A stretch of DNA of 64,000 nucleotides from Acidimicrobiia bacterium. GTDB taxonomy: Bacteria; Actinomycetota; Acidimicrobiia; Spongiisociales; UBA11373. The translations under genes were made by a program, and so were the position numbers. The notes beneath the pieces are model-generated. The model made no database searches. It had not been told where the DNA came from and worked only from the letters and a program-made list of their open reading frames with translations. The stretch covers positions 1 to 64,000 of the forward strand of contig JBBDMM010000011.1 of NCBI GenBank assembly GCA_040878325.1, written 5' to 3'. Shown piece after piece: positions 37,421 through 46,846 of the stretch (its first letter is position 1; each line of letters opens with the position of its first letter).

Positions 37421-38710
37421 CTACCGCCCGAAGCGCCGCCGCAGGCTCGCCCAGACCTCCTGATAGTCCTCCTGCAGTGCGGGGAGGGTCGAGGCGTAGG
37501 CGGTGGGGATCAACGGATACCGGGTCTCGAACATGAAGGCCAGGGTGCCCTCGAGCTTCTGCGGCTCGAGGGTGGCATTGGTGGCGCCCTCGAAGGCCTC
37601 GTTGTCGGGCCCGTGCGGCCAGTACTGGTTGTGGAGGCTGAAGCCGCCCGGGTTGAACCCTTCCAGCTTCGCGTCGTAGACCCCGTGGATCAGCCCCATG
37701 AACTCGCTCATGATGTTGCTGTGGTAGTAGGGCGGCCGGAAGGTGTGCTCGGCGACCAGCCACCGGTCGGGGAAGATCACGAAGTCGAGGTTGGCGGTCC
37801 CCGGTCGATCCGACTGCGAGGTGAGCACGGTGAAGATCGACGGGTCGGGGTGGTCGAAGGAAATCGACCCGATCGTGTTGAAGCGGGCGAGGTCGTACTT
37901 ATAGGGGACGTGGTTTCCGTGCCATGCCACTACATCGAGCGGCGAGTGGTCGATGTCCGAGGCAAAGAGGCGTCCGTCGAACTTCACGAACACGGTGGCG
38001 GCGCCCTCGGTCTCCTCGTACGCCGCGGTGGGGGCGAGAAAGTCGCGGGCGTTGGCCAGCCCGTTGGCGCCGACCGGCCCCCGCTCGGGAAGATCCAGGT
38101 ACGCCCCATAGTTCTCGCACACGTATCCCCGGGCGTGATCGCCCATCAGGTCGACCTTGAACTTCATCGCCCGGGGGATCAGGCACACTTCTCCGGGGAC
38201 GGCTTCGATGACGCCGCACTCCGTGGCGATCCGCAGCCCCCCTTCCTGGGGCACGATCAGCAGCTCGCCGTCGGCGTTGTAGAAGTAGGTGCGGTCCATC
38301 GACTTGGTCGCCAGGTAGATGTGGGCCGCCATCCCGTACTGGCCATGGACGTCGCCGTTGGTGGCGATGGTTCGCAGACCGTCGAGCCAGGTGAGCGGGC
38401 CGGCCTCCATCGGAATCGGGTCCCACCGGAGCTGCCCGATCGGCGGCTCGGTTTCCCGGTTGGGGGCGGTGCGGAGATGCGGATGGTCCACCGGACGCAG
38501 GTCGTGGACGTGCAGCACCGACGGCCGCATCCGGTAGAACCAGGTGCGGCGGTTCTCCGCCTTGGGGGCGGTGAAGGCGGTGCCGCTCAACTGCTCGGTG
38601 TACAGGCCCCGGGGAGGCTTTTGCGGGTTGTTCTGCCCCACCGGCAGTGCGCCCTCGACGGCTTCCGAGGCGTGCTCGTTGCCGAATCCGGACATGTACT
38701 CGATCGTCAT
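37421..38710 (-). CDS. hmgA: Homogentisate 1,2-dioxygenase
   Basis: YMSGFGNEH, GQNNPQK, EQLSGTAF, DHPDPSIFTVLTS, TFRPPYYH, SEFMGLI, PHGPD. Confidence 0.97.
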   Translation of the reverse strand: MTIEYMSGFGNEHASEAVEGALPVGQNNPQKPPRGLYTEQLSGTAFTAPKAENRRTWFYRMRPSVLHVHDLRPVDHPHLRTAPNRETEPPIGQLRWDPIPMEAGPLTWLDGLRTIATNGDVHGQYGMAAHIYLATKSMDRTYFYNADGELLIVPQEGGLRIATECGVIEAVPGEVCLIPRAMKFKVDLMGDHARGYVCENYGAYLDLPERGPVGANGLANARDFLAPTAAYEETEGAATVFVKFDGRLFASDIDHSPLDVVAWHGNHVPYKYDLARFNTIGSISFDHPDPSIFTVLTSQSDRPGTANLDFVIFPDRWLVAEHTFRPPYYHSNIMSEFMGLIHGVYDAKLEGFNPGGFSLHNQYWPHGPDNEAFEGATNATLEPQKLEGTLAFMFETRYPLIPTAYASTLPALQEDYQEVWASLRRRFGR

Positions 38711-38774
38711 CCCGCTCCTCAGTCGTGGGAGGGGAAGGATAGAAGCCGACGGCGGGCGTTAGCCTTCGGCGCTC

Positions 38775-38848
38775 GGGCGCTTAGCTCAGTTGGCTAGAGC
38801 GCTTCCCTTACAAGGAAGAAGTCGGGGGTTCGAATCCCTCAGCGCCCA
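38775..38848 (+). tRNA. tRNA-Val (TAC), CCA not encoded
   Basis: Acceptor GGGCGCT/AGCGCCC, D arm TAGCTCAGTTGG, anticodon arm CTTCC-CTTACAA-GGAAG, T loop GGTTCGAATCC. Confidence 0.97.
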
Positions 38849-38850
38849 CG

Positions 38851-39057
38851 GCAAACTCGCCCTTTGGGCGAGTTGCTTGGGAGTTCGGCTTGCCGAACTC
38901 CAGGGAACTCCTTCCTTTGGGCGAGTGTCGTGGGCGCCAGCGCGCAGCGCCTTCCCTCTGGGGGCCGTTCAATCGCCACGGAGGCTGGCTGCCCTTCGGG
39001 CAGCTTGGGACTTCGCTTCGCCGAACCCCAGGAAACGCCCTTTCGGGCGGGTTGCCG
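38851..39057. repeat. Degenerate duplicated palindromic element downstream of the tRNA
   Basis: GCCCTTYGGGC..GCTTGGGA.TTCG....GCCGAAC.CCAGG.AAC at about 38859 and 38991; hairpin at 38851-38876. Confidence 0.6.
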
Positions 39058-39110
39058 TCCTCCGGAGGATGCGCGCTAGGGTCGAAGGTCCGACAAGGCG
39101 AAGGAGCATC

Positions 39111-39380
39111 ATGATCACCGCTGTGATCTACCTCGACACCTCTGACCCCGACGGACTCGGCGCCGCGCTGGGTACTACCGCGCCTCTTTTCGAGGATGTC
39201 GCGGGCTTTCACGGTATGGATCTGCTCCGGGGGATCGAAGACTCCGATCGGTTGCTGATCCTCGCCAGGTGGGATTCAGTGGGTGATCATGAAAAGTGGC
39301 AGGAGTCTCATGTAGGTGAGTTCCTCGGGGCGCTGGGTCCCCACCTGTCGGGTCCACCCGACATCAAGCATTACGAGTAG
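39111..39380 (+). CDS. Antibiotic biosynthesis monooxygenase (ABM) family protein
   Basis: AAGGAG RBS; GFHGMDLLRGIED, LARWDSVGDH. Confidence 0.85.
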   Translation: MITAVIYLDTSDPDGLGAALGTTAPLFEDVAGFHGMDLLRGIEDSDRLLILARWDSVGDHEKWQESHVGEFLGALGPHLSGPPDIKHYE

Positions 39381-39417
39381 CCCCCGGTCCGCCTCTGAAG
39401 GCGAGGAAGGTGGCCGC

Positions 39418-40122
39418 TCACCCTCCGGCCACTCGGGCCGCGATCGCTTCCGCCAAGTCGAACGTGGCGGCCTGGCGGGCGTCGTCGCCCACGACCATGC
39501 CGATGCGGACGAACTGGAGCAGGTTGCCCTGGGTCCAGATCACCCCGACGACCTGGAAGTCCGGGCCGGTGGCGAGCACGGCTGCCGACCGATCACCCAC
39601 CGAGGACTCGAGCGACTCGGCCGCGGTCAGCGCCCCCGGCTCGAGGTCGGTGATCGCGGCGATAAGTTCGGTATCCATGAATGACGATTCGATCAGATCG
39701 AGAGCCACGGAGGCACCGGCGGCGTCGGCGAACAGGTGGGCTCCCGTGATCACCAGGGCCCCCTCTTCGATGAAGGCCGAGAAGGATCCGGCTTGGAAGC
39801 CGGCACCCTCATAGACCGGGCGCTCCTCGGGGAAGTTCTCGATTGGCCAAATGTCGTCGAGGGTCAGGGGGAACTGCTGGGCGCCGACGATCGGCACCAC
39901 CCATGGATCACCGTCGGTGAGCACTGCCATCGGGAGGTCCTCCGCGGTGAATACGGCCGCCGGGGGAGCGCTGGTGGTAGTCGCTTCCGGCGCGGTGGTC
40001 GTGGTGGCAACCGCGCCAGTGGTACTGACCGCGGCTTGGCTCGTGGTGCTGGCCCCCGATCCGCCCCCGCACCCGAACGCCCCCGTCGACAAGACCAACA
40101 GCCCAATGATCGATCGTCTCAT
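39418..40122 (-). CDS. Hypothetical lipoprotein with Thr-rich linker
   Basis: MRR + hydrophobic stretch + AFGC lipobox; GAGG RBS. Confidence 0.8.
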   Translation of the reverse strand: MRRSIIGLLVLSTGAFGCGGGSGASTTSQAAVSTTGAVATTTTAPEATTTSAPPAAVFTAEDLPMAVLTDGDPWVVPIVGAQQFPLTLDDIWPIENFPEERPVYEGAGFQAGSFSAFIEEGALVITGAHLFADAAGASVALDLIESSFMDTELIAAITDLEPGALTAAESLESSVGDRSAAVLATGPDFQVVGVIWTQGNLLQFVRIGMVVGDDARQAATFDLAEAIAARVAGG

Positions 40123-40154
40123 GTGCCCCTCCTCTGATACGCAATGCTACGGAC

Positions 40155-41720
40155 TCAGTCGCCGTCCGGCATCCCGCAGACTTCGTCCAGCGGTTGGAGG
40201 TTGAGTGCCTCCGCTGCCTCGAGGGGCGGGAGAGTGGTGGCGATCTGGACCCGGTCGCGGATCAGGTCGACGTTGGGGACGTTGTACCCCTCCACCTGGT
40301 AGGCGACATATGAGGTGAGCGTTCCGGCGAACTCGGGGGCATTGGGGATGAAGCGCATCGACACGATCTGCTCGGTGTCGACCTTGGCCAAAAGGCTCAG
40401 GAAGTCGGGGAACCGGGCGACCGGGATGTCGGTGATGACGCTGCTCTCGATGGCGGGAACCAGGCTCGGCAGCTCGCGGAGTAGCGACACCGGATCTGCT
40501 TCACGGGCGAGCGCTTCGAGCACACACCGCTGGCGTCCCATTCGGTCGAAGTCGTCGGCGTCGTGGCGGGTGCGGGCGAATGCCAGGGCGTCGTGACCGT
40601 TCATCCGGTAGGTCCCCGGCAGGAATTCGATTTCGATCAGGTACCCATCCTCATGCGGATATTCCGCGTCATAGATCCGGCGGGTCACTTGGATCTCCAC
40701 CCCACCGAGGGCGTCGATCATGTCCACGAAGCCGTGGAGGTTCACCATGGCGAAGTAGTCGATCTCCAGCCCCACGAGATGGCCGAAGATCGTCTTGGCG
40801 GCATCCCCCCCGGTGTTGGCGCCGTCGAACAATGCCGGGTTCTGGAGGCCGTAGGCGTAGATGCCCCAGACCAAATTGCTCGGATCTCCCCACAGCCCAT
40901 CGGGCCACTCCGAGTAGGCCGGGTGGTCAGCAGGAATCGGAGTCCGCACGAAGTTACGAGGGATCGAGAACATCGCGGTCCACCCCGTCTCGGAGTCGAT
41001 GCTCACCACGATCATCGTGTCGGTCCGCACTCCGGTGCGTCCTGGACCCGCATCGCTGCCGAGAAGCAGCACGTTGACCCGGTCCTCGCCCTCGAACGGA
41101 TCCGGTCGAGTGGTGGTGGTCGTGGCGGGGGGAGTGGTCGTGCTGGTGGTGGTCGCCCCGGGAATCGTCGGGGCGGGTCTGGTGGTGGTTGGGGCAGCCG
41201 TGGTGGTGGTCACCTGATTTGGGTCGGTGGTGAAGTCGTGGGTGAGCAGGTCGTGCAATGCGAGGTTCCTCTCACCGACCCAGCCGTGGGGGATGGCGGT
41301 GGCGATGAGGATCAGGGCGACGCCGAAGGAGAGGCCGAACAGGATGATCGGTCGGTCGTCCGGTGCGAGGTTGCGGGCGTACATGAACGAGTCGACCACC
41401 ACCGCCGCCCGAAACGCCACCAGGATGAAGTTCACTGCAAGCAGTGCGATCAGCAGGCCAGGCTTCTCGAAAAAGGGCCGGGCCAGGTCGAGCGCCAGGT
41501 CGACTCCCGTCACGTAGAACACCATCGCGAACAGCACTGCCGCAGGGACGACGAACACCGCGGTTATGCCGATACACCACCAGGCTCGTTTGCGGTCGCC
41601 GGCGTAGAGGTGACCGAGGCCGGGCACCACGGCGGATAGCAGTGCGGCTACGAGGGGTTTGGGGCGGTGCCCCCTTGGTGAGGGGAGAGGACGCCCGCCG
41701 GGCCCGAGGCGAGTGGTCAT
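40155..41720 (-). CDS. LCP (LytR-CpsA-Psr) family glycopolymer transferase
   Basis: NVLLLGSDAG, RTDTMIV, SIPRN, ALAFARTRH, DFDRMGRQ; N-terminal TM segments. Confidence 0.93.
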   Translation of the reverse strand: MTTRLGPGGRPLPSPRGHRPKPLVAALLSAVVPGLGHLYAGDRKRAWWCIGITAVFVVPAAVLFAMVFYVTGVDLALDLARPFFEKPGLLIALLAVNFILVAFRAAVVVDSFMYARNLAPDDRPIILFGLSFGVALILIATAIPHGWVGERNLALHDLLTHDFTTDPNQVTTTTAAPTTTRPAPTIPGATTTSTTTPPATTTTTRPDPFEGEDRVNVLLLGSDAGPGRTGVRTDTMIVVSIDSETGWTAMFSIPRNFVRTPIPADHPAYSEWPDGLWGDPSNLVWGIYAYGLQNPALFDGANTGGDAAKTIFGHLVGLEIDYFAMVNLHGFVDMIDALGGVEIQVTRRIYDAEYPHEDGYLIEIEFLPGTYRMNGHDALAFARTRHDADDFDRMGRQRCVLEALAREADPVSLLRELPSLVPAIESSVITDIPVARFPDFLSLLAKVDTEQIVSMRFIPNAPEFAGTLTSYVAYQVEGYNVPNVDLIRDRVQIATTLPPLEAAEALNLQPLDEVCGMPDGD

Positions 41721-41783
41721 TCGACCGTCAGATTACGGGCAATCGCGGGAGGGTCGTCGCAATTGCGATGGGGCTTCGGCGGC

Positions 41784-42374
41784 TCATGCCTCCTCGAGAA
41801 GGCCGATCCGCTCGGCCACAACGATCGCCTCGGCGCGGGTGGCGACTCCAAGCCGCTCGTACAAGTCGTGGAGCTTGCGAAACATGGCCCGCTCCGAGTA
41901 CCCGGTGTCGTCGGCCAGGCGGGCCACCGTCGAGCCGCCGGCAAGTGCGATCAACCAGTCGGCTTCGTCCTCGTCGATCTCGGGTCGGGGAGCGTGGAGG
42001 TCCGGCCATTCGGACGCGAGCATCCGGGTGATCTCGGCCGGCAGGCGGGTGCGGCCCTCCAACGCGGCTTGAAGCGCTTCCACGATCTCGCCAGGATCGG
42101 CATTCCAGTCGACAGTGCCGGTGGCTCCATGCGAGTACGCGTGAGCGTGGGCCTCGGGTGTGGGTTCGGGAAGAAGCGCCACCACCACGACTCCGGCCGC
42201 GGCGAGATCGTCCACGCTTTCGCACCCATCGGGGAATCGCAGTGTCACGAGAGCGGCCCTCGGTGACTCCTCGATCCCCACCGGGACGAAACCAGAACGC
42301 TCCAGAGCGGCATCGATACCTCGCCGAAACGACGCGGCGAGCTCGACTACCGCGATGGTTGGTGCGTTGCTCAT
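41784..42374 (-). CDS. Atypical NarL/LuxR-type response regulator
   Basis: Degenerate REC domain plus HTH (LADDTGYSERAMFRKLHDLYERLGV..RAEAI). Confidence 0.85.
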   Translation of the reverse strand: MSNAPTIAVVELAASFRRGIDAALERSGFVPVGIEESPRAALVTLRFPDGCESVDDLAAAGVVVVALLPEPTPEAHAHAYSHGATGTVDWNADPGEIVEALQAALEGRTRLPAEITRMLASEWPDLHAPRPEIDEDEADWLIALAGGSTVARLADDTGYSERAMFRKLHDLYERLGVATRAEAIVVAERIGLLEEA

Positions 42375-42649
42375 CGTCCTCGGAAGGGTAGCCCTTCGAC
42401 GGCGTGGTCCTGCCATCCGACGGCGTCATCGTGCCTATAGCGCGGCCCGCGCCGGGGGGTAGTTGGACTGCGATTACACCGATGTGGTTTCGCTCCGAGA
42501 GCCCGCCGGATGGCGCCGGATATTTGTCATGAACCTGCCATGCCATGGCGCAGACGGGCAACCGGTGTGAGGGTACACATTTCATAACAGCCGATCTTTC
42601 AGGTCGGCGCGCTCCACCAGAGGGTGGGGCGAAACGAGAGGAACAAAGA

Positions 42650-42769
42650 ATGGCGACTGCCAAGAAGCCCGCCGCAAAGAAGAAGGCGGCTCCCAAGAAG
42701 GCTGCTGCGAAGAAGCCGGCCGCAAAGAAGAAGACTGCCGCCAAGAAGCCGGCCGCAAAGAAGCGCTAG
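42650..42769 (+). CDS. 39-aa histone H1-like Lys/Ala-rich protein
   Basis: MATAKKPAAKKKAAPKKAAAKKPAAKKKTAAKKPAAKKR; GAGG RBS; hairpin downstream. Confidence 0.8.
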   Translation: MATAKKPAAKKKAAPKKAAAKKPAAKKKTAAKKPAAKKR

Positions 42770-42785
42770 CTCGACTTCGAATCAG

Positions 42786-42815
42786 GACGAAGGACGGGGC
42801 AACCCGTCCTTCGTC
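42786..42815 (+). terminator. Perfect 13-bp stem with GCAA loop
   Basis: GACGAAGGACGGG-GCAA-CCCGTCCTTCGTC between convergent genes. Confidence 0.8.
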
Positions 42816-42848
42816 GCGTTCGGGGTGCTTGTCGGTTTCCCGACGTCG

Positions 42849-44444
42849 TCAACCCTCGCAGCTGTGCATCTGCTCCGCGGCGATGCAGCTGTCGTCTCCT
42901 CGTCCGCCGTTGGCGACATCGAACCCGGCGCCCCCGTCGAGCACGTCCCGACCCCGCTGCCCGTGGATCTCATCGTCGCCGCCACCACCGAAGACATGAT
43001 CGCTGCCTCTGCCGCCACAGGCGATATCGTCGCCATCGCCGAGAAGGACTTCATCGGCACCCGCTAGCGCGACGACCACGTCGGCCCCGGCGGTTCCTTC
43101 GAGGTCGTCGTTGCCGCTCGTTCCGATGATCGTGGCGAGGTGGCCGCGACACATCGGGGTCTCGAATGCACCGACGTCCCAGGCACCGTTCGAGGGCCGC
43201 TTGACACGGTCGTGATCGCGTCGACTGGCGGTCGCCGTACCCGCGTCCTGGGCCGGTCCGTCAGGCTGGTGGCGATAGTTGCCGGGAAGAAAGACTGCGG
43301 TGATTGAAGCCGTCGAACTCGCAATGTCCTGGCCGGTGGCGGCTCGCCATTCGGCGAGATTCTTCACCGACGAGCCGCCGTCCGTCGTGAACCGCCCGGT
43401 GAAGATGTTGTGATTGCTCACCAAACCGGGCATCCCCTCAGTGGGCATCTCGATCGCCCCACGCCACTCGTGCCTGATCAGAATCACGTTGTTCAACAGC
43501 GTCACGTCGCGACAGCCAGGACCGCCTATCACCACACCCCACCGGCCATCGGCGGCCTGCACGATGGTGTTGTTCACGATCGTCACGTTGCGGCTACAGA
43601 CCGCGCCGTCCTGGCGAAAGACCGCGATGCCAGTCGCATGGTTCTCGACGATCACGTTCTCGGCGATGAAGGCGTTGGTGACGCCGTCGAGATTGATTCC
43701 GGCACAACCCTCGGCCCCGTTGCGGTCGATGAGATTCCCGACGATCCGGCCGTTCGAGATGGTGCCGTCACCGCCCAACGAGAGGTCGCCATTCATGTGG
43801 AGCCCGCATCGCTCGTTGTCGTGGAGGTGATTGCGGTTGACTCGGAAGCGGTCGCCCGAGTTCGACAGGTAGATCCCGTGCTCGCCGTTGTGGTGGCTGT
43901 CGTTGCCGACAACCGACACGTCGTCGGTGAAGGCGAAGAAGATCCCGGTCTTGGTCGAGTCGACCCCGTTGTGGTGGACGTGATTCCCGCGGATGGTGAT
44001 GTGGTGCGAGTGGGCCTCTTCCGAGCCACGGACATCGATCCCCCAGTTGGGGGCGTTCTCGACCTCGAAGCCTTCGATCACCCAGTACGACACCGTTCCC
44101 GGTGCCGACCACGTCTCCAACTCGATATTGCTGTCGTGCCGATTGTCGGGTCCGGGCCGGTCGACGACCGCCCCGGGCTCTGCAAAAAGGGTGATCCACG
44201 CTCCAGGGGCACCCGACCGCTCGATCCTCATCCCGGCGTAGGCGCCGGGGCGCACCACGATGGTGTCCCCGGGATCGACCTGGTCGACCGCGTGCTGCAG
44301 CGTCTGCCATGGCGCCGCCTCGGTTCCCGCCGAAGCGTCGGACCCGCCCGGGGCAACCCAGTAGGTGGACGACGCTGCCCCAGCGGTGAGCGGGGCTGTG
44401 AGGGAGGCGACGACGAGTAGGACAAGAAGCAGGCGCTTGTGCAT
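42849..44444 (-). CDS. Secreted right-handed beta-helix protein with C-terminal Ca-binding repeats
   Basis: Signal peptide; YWVAPGGSD..GT...PWQTLQHA; PbH1-like repeats; WDVGAFE; GGxGxD repeats. Confidence 0.88.
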   Translation of the reverse strand: MHKRLLLVLLVVASLTAPLTAGAASSTYWVAPGGSDASAGTEAAPWQTLQHAVDQVDPGDTIVVRPGAYAGMRIERSGAPGAWITLFAEPGAVVDRPGPDNRHDSNIELETWSAPGTVSYWVIEGFEVENAPNWGIDVRGSEEAHSHHITIRGNHVHHNGVDSTKTGIFFAFTDDVSVVGNDSHHNGEHGIYLSNSGDRFRVNRNHLHDNERCGLHMNGDLSLGGDGTISNGRIVGNLIDRNGAEGCAGINLDGVTNAFIAENVIVENHATGIAVFRQDGAVCSRNVTIVNNTIVQAADGRWGVVIGGPGCRDVTLLNNVILIRHEWRGAIEMPTEGMPGLVSNHNIFTGRFTTDGGSSVKNLAEWRAATGQDIASSTASITAVFLPGNYRHQPDGPAQDAGTATASRRDHDRVKRPSNGAWDVGAFETPMCRGHLATIIGTSGNDDLEGTAGADVVVALAGADEVLLGDGDDIACGGRGSDHVFGGGGDDEIHGQRGRDVLDGGAGFDVANGGRGDDSCIAAEQMHSCEG

Positions 44445-44592
44445 CCCGGGCTTATCGGCCGCGAGGCGGAGCGGTCTTGAGGAGACGAGCGGCCAGGGGA
44501 TTGGGCTCACTGCGCCGGTTTACCCGGAAACCGCGGCTATGCGCGGCGGGCATGCTCGTCAATCGAGGGCCGTTCTGGGACGATACGGGCAC

Positions 44593-45414
44593 ATGACCGT
44601 CGAAATAGCCGTGATCCCGTGCGCCGGCAGCGGTACCCGAATGCGACCGGCCACCCGGGTGATCCCCAAAGCCATGATTCCGGTGGTCGACCGGCCCGTC
44701 ATCCAATACGTCGTCGAGGAGGCCGTCGCCTGCGGGGTCTCGCAGATCGTCTTCGTAGTCGATGAGCGCGTCGGCAACCCGGTAATGAGCCACTTCACGG
44801 AAGGCGAGCCGATCCCGGGTCTCGAAGGCGTCACGTTCACCGCCGTCAGCCAGAACGTTCCCCGGGGGTTAGGCGACGCCGTCCTCCGCACCGCGGCCGT
44901 CGTCGGCGAGCACCCCTTCATCTGCCTGTTATCCGACAACATGTTCGCCGAGCCCGCGCACGCCTACACCAGGTCGCTCATCGAGGTATTCGATGGCCGC
45001 CCGGTGGTGGCGGTGAGGGAGGTGGGGGGCGAGCTCCTCGATCGGTACGGCGTGGTGGCGATCTCCGGCCCGGTGGTGGACGGGGTGGTGGAGGTCACCG
45101 GGGCGATCGAGAAGCCGGGGGTCGACCGCGCCCCATCGTCCCTCGGCATCGTGGGGCGCTATCTCTTTCCGGCTTCGGTATTCGGGGTCCTCAGCGCCGT
45201 CGACCCCGGCCACGGCGGCGAGCTGCAGCTCACCGATGCGATTCACCGGATGGCCCTGGAGGGCGGTGCCAGGGGCAGGATCGTCGACGACTCGCTGCTC
45301 GACATCGGGGTGCCATTGGGCCTCGCCGAAGCCACGACCTCGGTGGCGCTCGCCCGCCCCGACCTCGCCCCCGCCTACCGGGCCTATCTGCAACAGGTGC
45401 TGGGCAAGCCCTAA
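44593..45414 (+). CDS. galU: UTP-glucose-1-phosphate uridylyltransferase family protein
   Basis: VIPCAGSGTRMRPAT..IPKAMIPVVDRP, PRGLGDAV, IEKP, GELQLTDAI. Confidence 0.85.
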   Translation: MTVEIAVIPCAGSGTRMRPATRVIPKAMIPVVDRPVIQYVVEEAVACGVSQIVFVVDERVGNPVMSHFTEGEPIPGLEGVTFTAVSQNVPRGLGDAVLRTAAVVGEHPFICLLSDNMFAEPAHAYTRSLIEVFDGRPVVAVREVGGELLDRYGVVAISGPVVDGVVEVTGAIEKPGVDRAPSSLGIVGRYLFPASVFGVLSAVDPGHGGELQLTDAIHRMALEGGARGRIVDDSLLDIGVPLGLAEATTSVALARPDLAPAYRAYLQQVLGKP

Positions 45415-46754
45415 GGCCATACCCCGCGGGACTCGGCGGTGGCCTTGGTACGGGCGACGGCGACCAGGGTGGCGGCAGTCCGCAGGTCGGGCGCGGGCAG
45501 CTGTTCGTCGTCAGGGTGCAACCGGGCCCATCGCGAGCGGTAGCCGTCGAGGTCTTCGATCAACGAAGCCCGCTGGGCGACGACCGCCTCGGTGGACCGG
45601 TAGATGCGCTTGCGCAAACCCTCGTCGACCCGGACGCCGTCCCACTCCTCGTTCTGGAGGTTTTGCACCCATTCGAAGTAGGACACGATCACCCCGCCGG
45701 CGTTGGCGAGGATGTCGGGGAGTAGTTGGATCCCGTTGCCCGCGAGGATCGCGTCGGCGGCCGGTGTGGTGGGCCCGTTGGCAGCCTCGACGACCACTTG
45801 GGCCTTGACCCGATCGGCATTGACCCTGGTGATCTGGTTCTCCATGGCTGCGGGAATCAGGATGTCGCAATCGACTTCGAGGACCTCCAGCGGGGCGAGG
45901 TGATCGCCGTCGGTCGCACCCACCACGGTGCCGGCGGTGTCCTTGTGAGCCGAGACGCGGGCGACGTCGAGCCCCTTCGGGTCGTGGACCCCGCCCTTGG
46001 TGTCGCTGACGGCCACGATTCGAGCGCCCGCCTCCTGGAAGATGTCCGCCGCAAACCGGCCGGCGTTTCCGTAGCCCTGGATCGCCACCCTGGCTCCGTC
46101 GACGCTGCTGAGGCCGGTAACGCCACCGAGCTCGAGAAACCGCTCGGTGCAGAAGAAGACGCCCCGCGCCGTCGCGGTCGACCGTCCCACCACGCCACCG
46201 AGGTCGAGCGGCTTGCCGGTGACCACCGGAAGGTTGTTCTTCCCCGGATGCATCATGGCGTACGTGTCGTAGACCCAGGCCATGGTCTGGGCATCCGTGT
46301 AGAGGTCGGGGGCGGGGATGTCGGTGTGGGGCCCGATGTTGTCGCCGAGGGCCGCCACGAATCGGCGGGTGATCCTGCGACGCTCGTCCAGTGACAGGGT
46401 CTGGGGATCACAGGTCACCCCGCCCTTGGCTCCTCCGAACGGGAGGCGGGCCAGGGCGCACTTCCAGGTCATCCAGGTGGCGAGCGCCTGCACCTCGTCC
46501 TCGTCGACCGAAGGATGGAACCGGATCCCGCCCTTGCCGGGGCCGCGAGCTGTGTTGTGGAGCACCCGGTATCCACGGAACGTCTCGACGACTCCGTCAT
46601 CCATGACCACCGGAAGGGTGACGATGACCACCTTCTCCGGCTCATAGATCCACTCGGCGAATCCGTTCCACCCGGCGGGGTCATCGACGAATGGCATCGC
46701 CCGGTCGAACTGACTGTGGGCTATGACCCGGGGATTGAGGTCCTCCGCAGTCAT
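45411..46754 (-). CDS. gdhA: Glu/Leu/Phe/Val dehydrogenase, likely glutamate dehydrogenase
   Basis: RGPGKGGIRFHP, MTWKCA, PFGGAKGG, DIPAPD, QGYGNAG, EAANGP, SYFEWVQN. Confidence 0.9.
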   Translation of the reverse strand: MTAEDLNPRVIAHSQFDRAMPFVDDPAGWNGFAEWIYEPEKVVIVTLPVVMDDGVVETFRGYRVLHNTARGPGKGGIRFHPSVDEDEVQALATWMTWKCALARLPFGGAKGGVTCDPQTLSLDERRRITRRFVAALGDNIGPHTDIPAPDLYTDAQTMAWVYDTYAMMHPGKNNLPVVTGKPLDLGGVVGRSTATARGVFFCTERFLELGGVTGLSSVDGARVAIQGYGNAGRFAADIFQEAGARIVAVSDTKGGVHDPKGLDVARVSAHKDTAGTVVGATDGDHLAPLEVLEVDCDILIPAAMENQITRVNADRVKAQVVVEAANGPTTPAADAILAGNGIQLLPDILANAGGVIVSYFEWVQNLQNEEWDGVRVDEGLRKRIYRSTEAVVAQRASLIEDLDGYRSRWARLHPDDEQLPAPDLRTAATLVAVARTKATAESRGVWP

Positions 46755-46846
46755 CGATTCCTCCATGTGGGTGGGCGGGCGATTGAGGCTATCCAGTTCC
46801 ACGGGTCGATGCCGCTAAGGGGGTGAGCAAATAGGTCGCTCGCCAC

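Noticed and set aside
38775..39400. Prophage or genomic island integrated at tRNA-Val
   Set aside because: No integrase and no duplicated tRNA 3' end seen in the window
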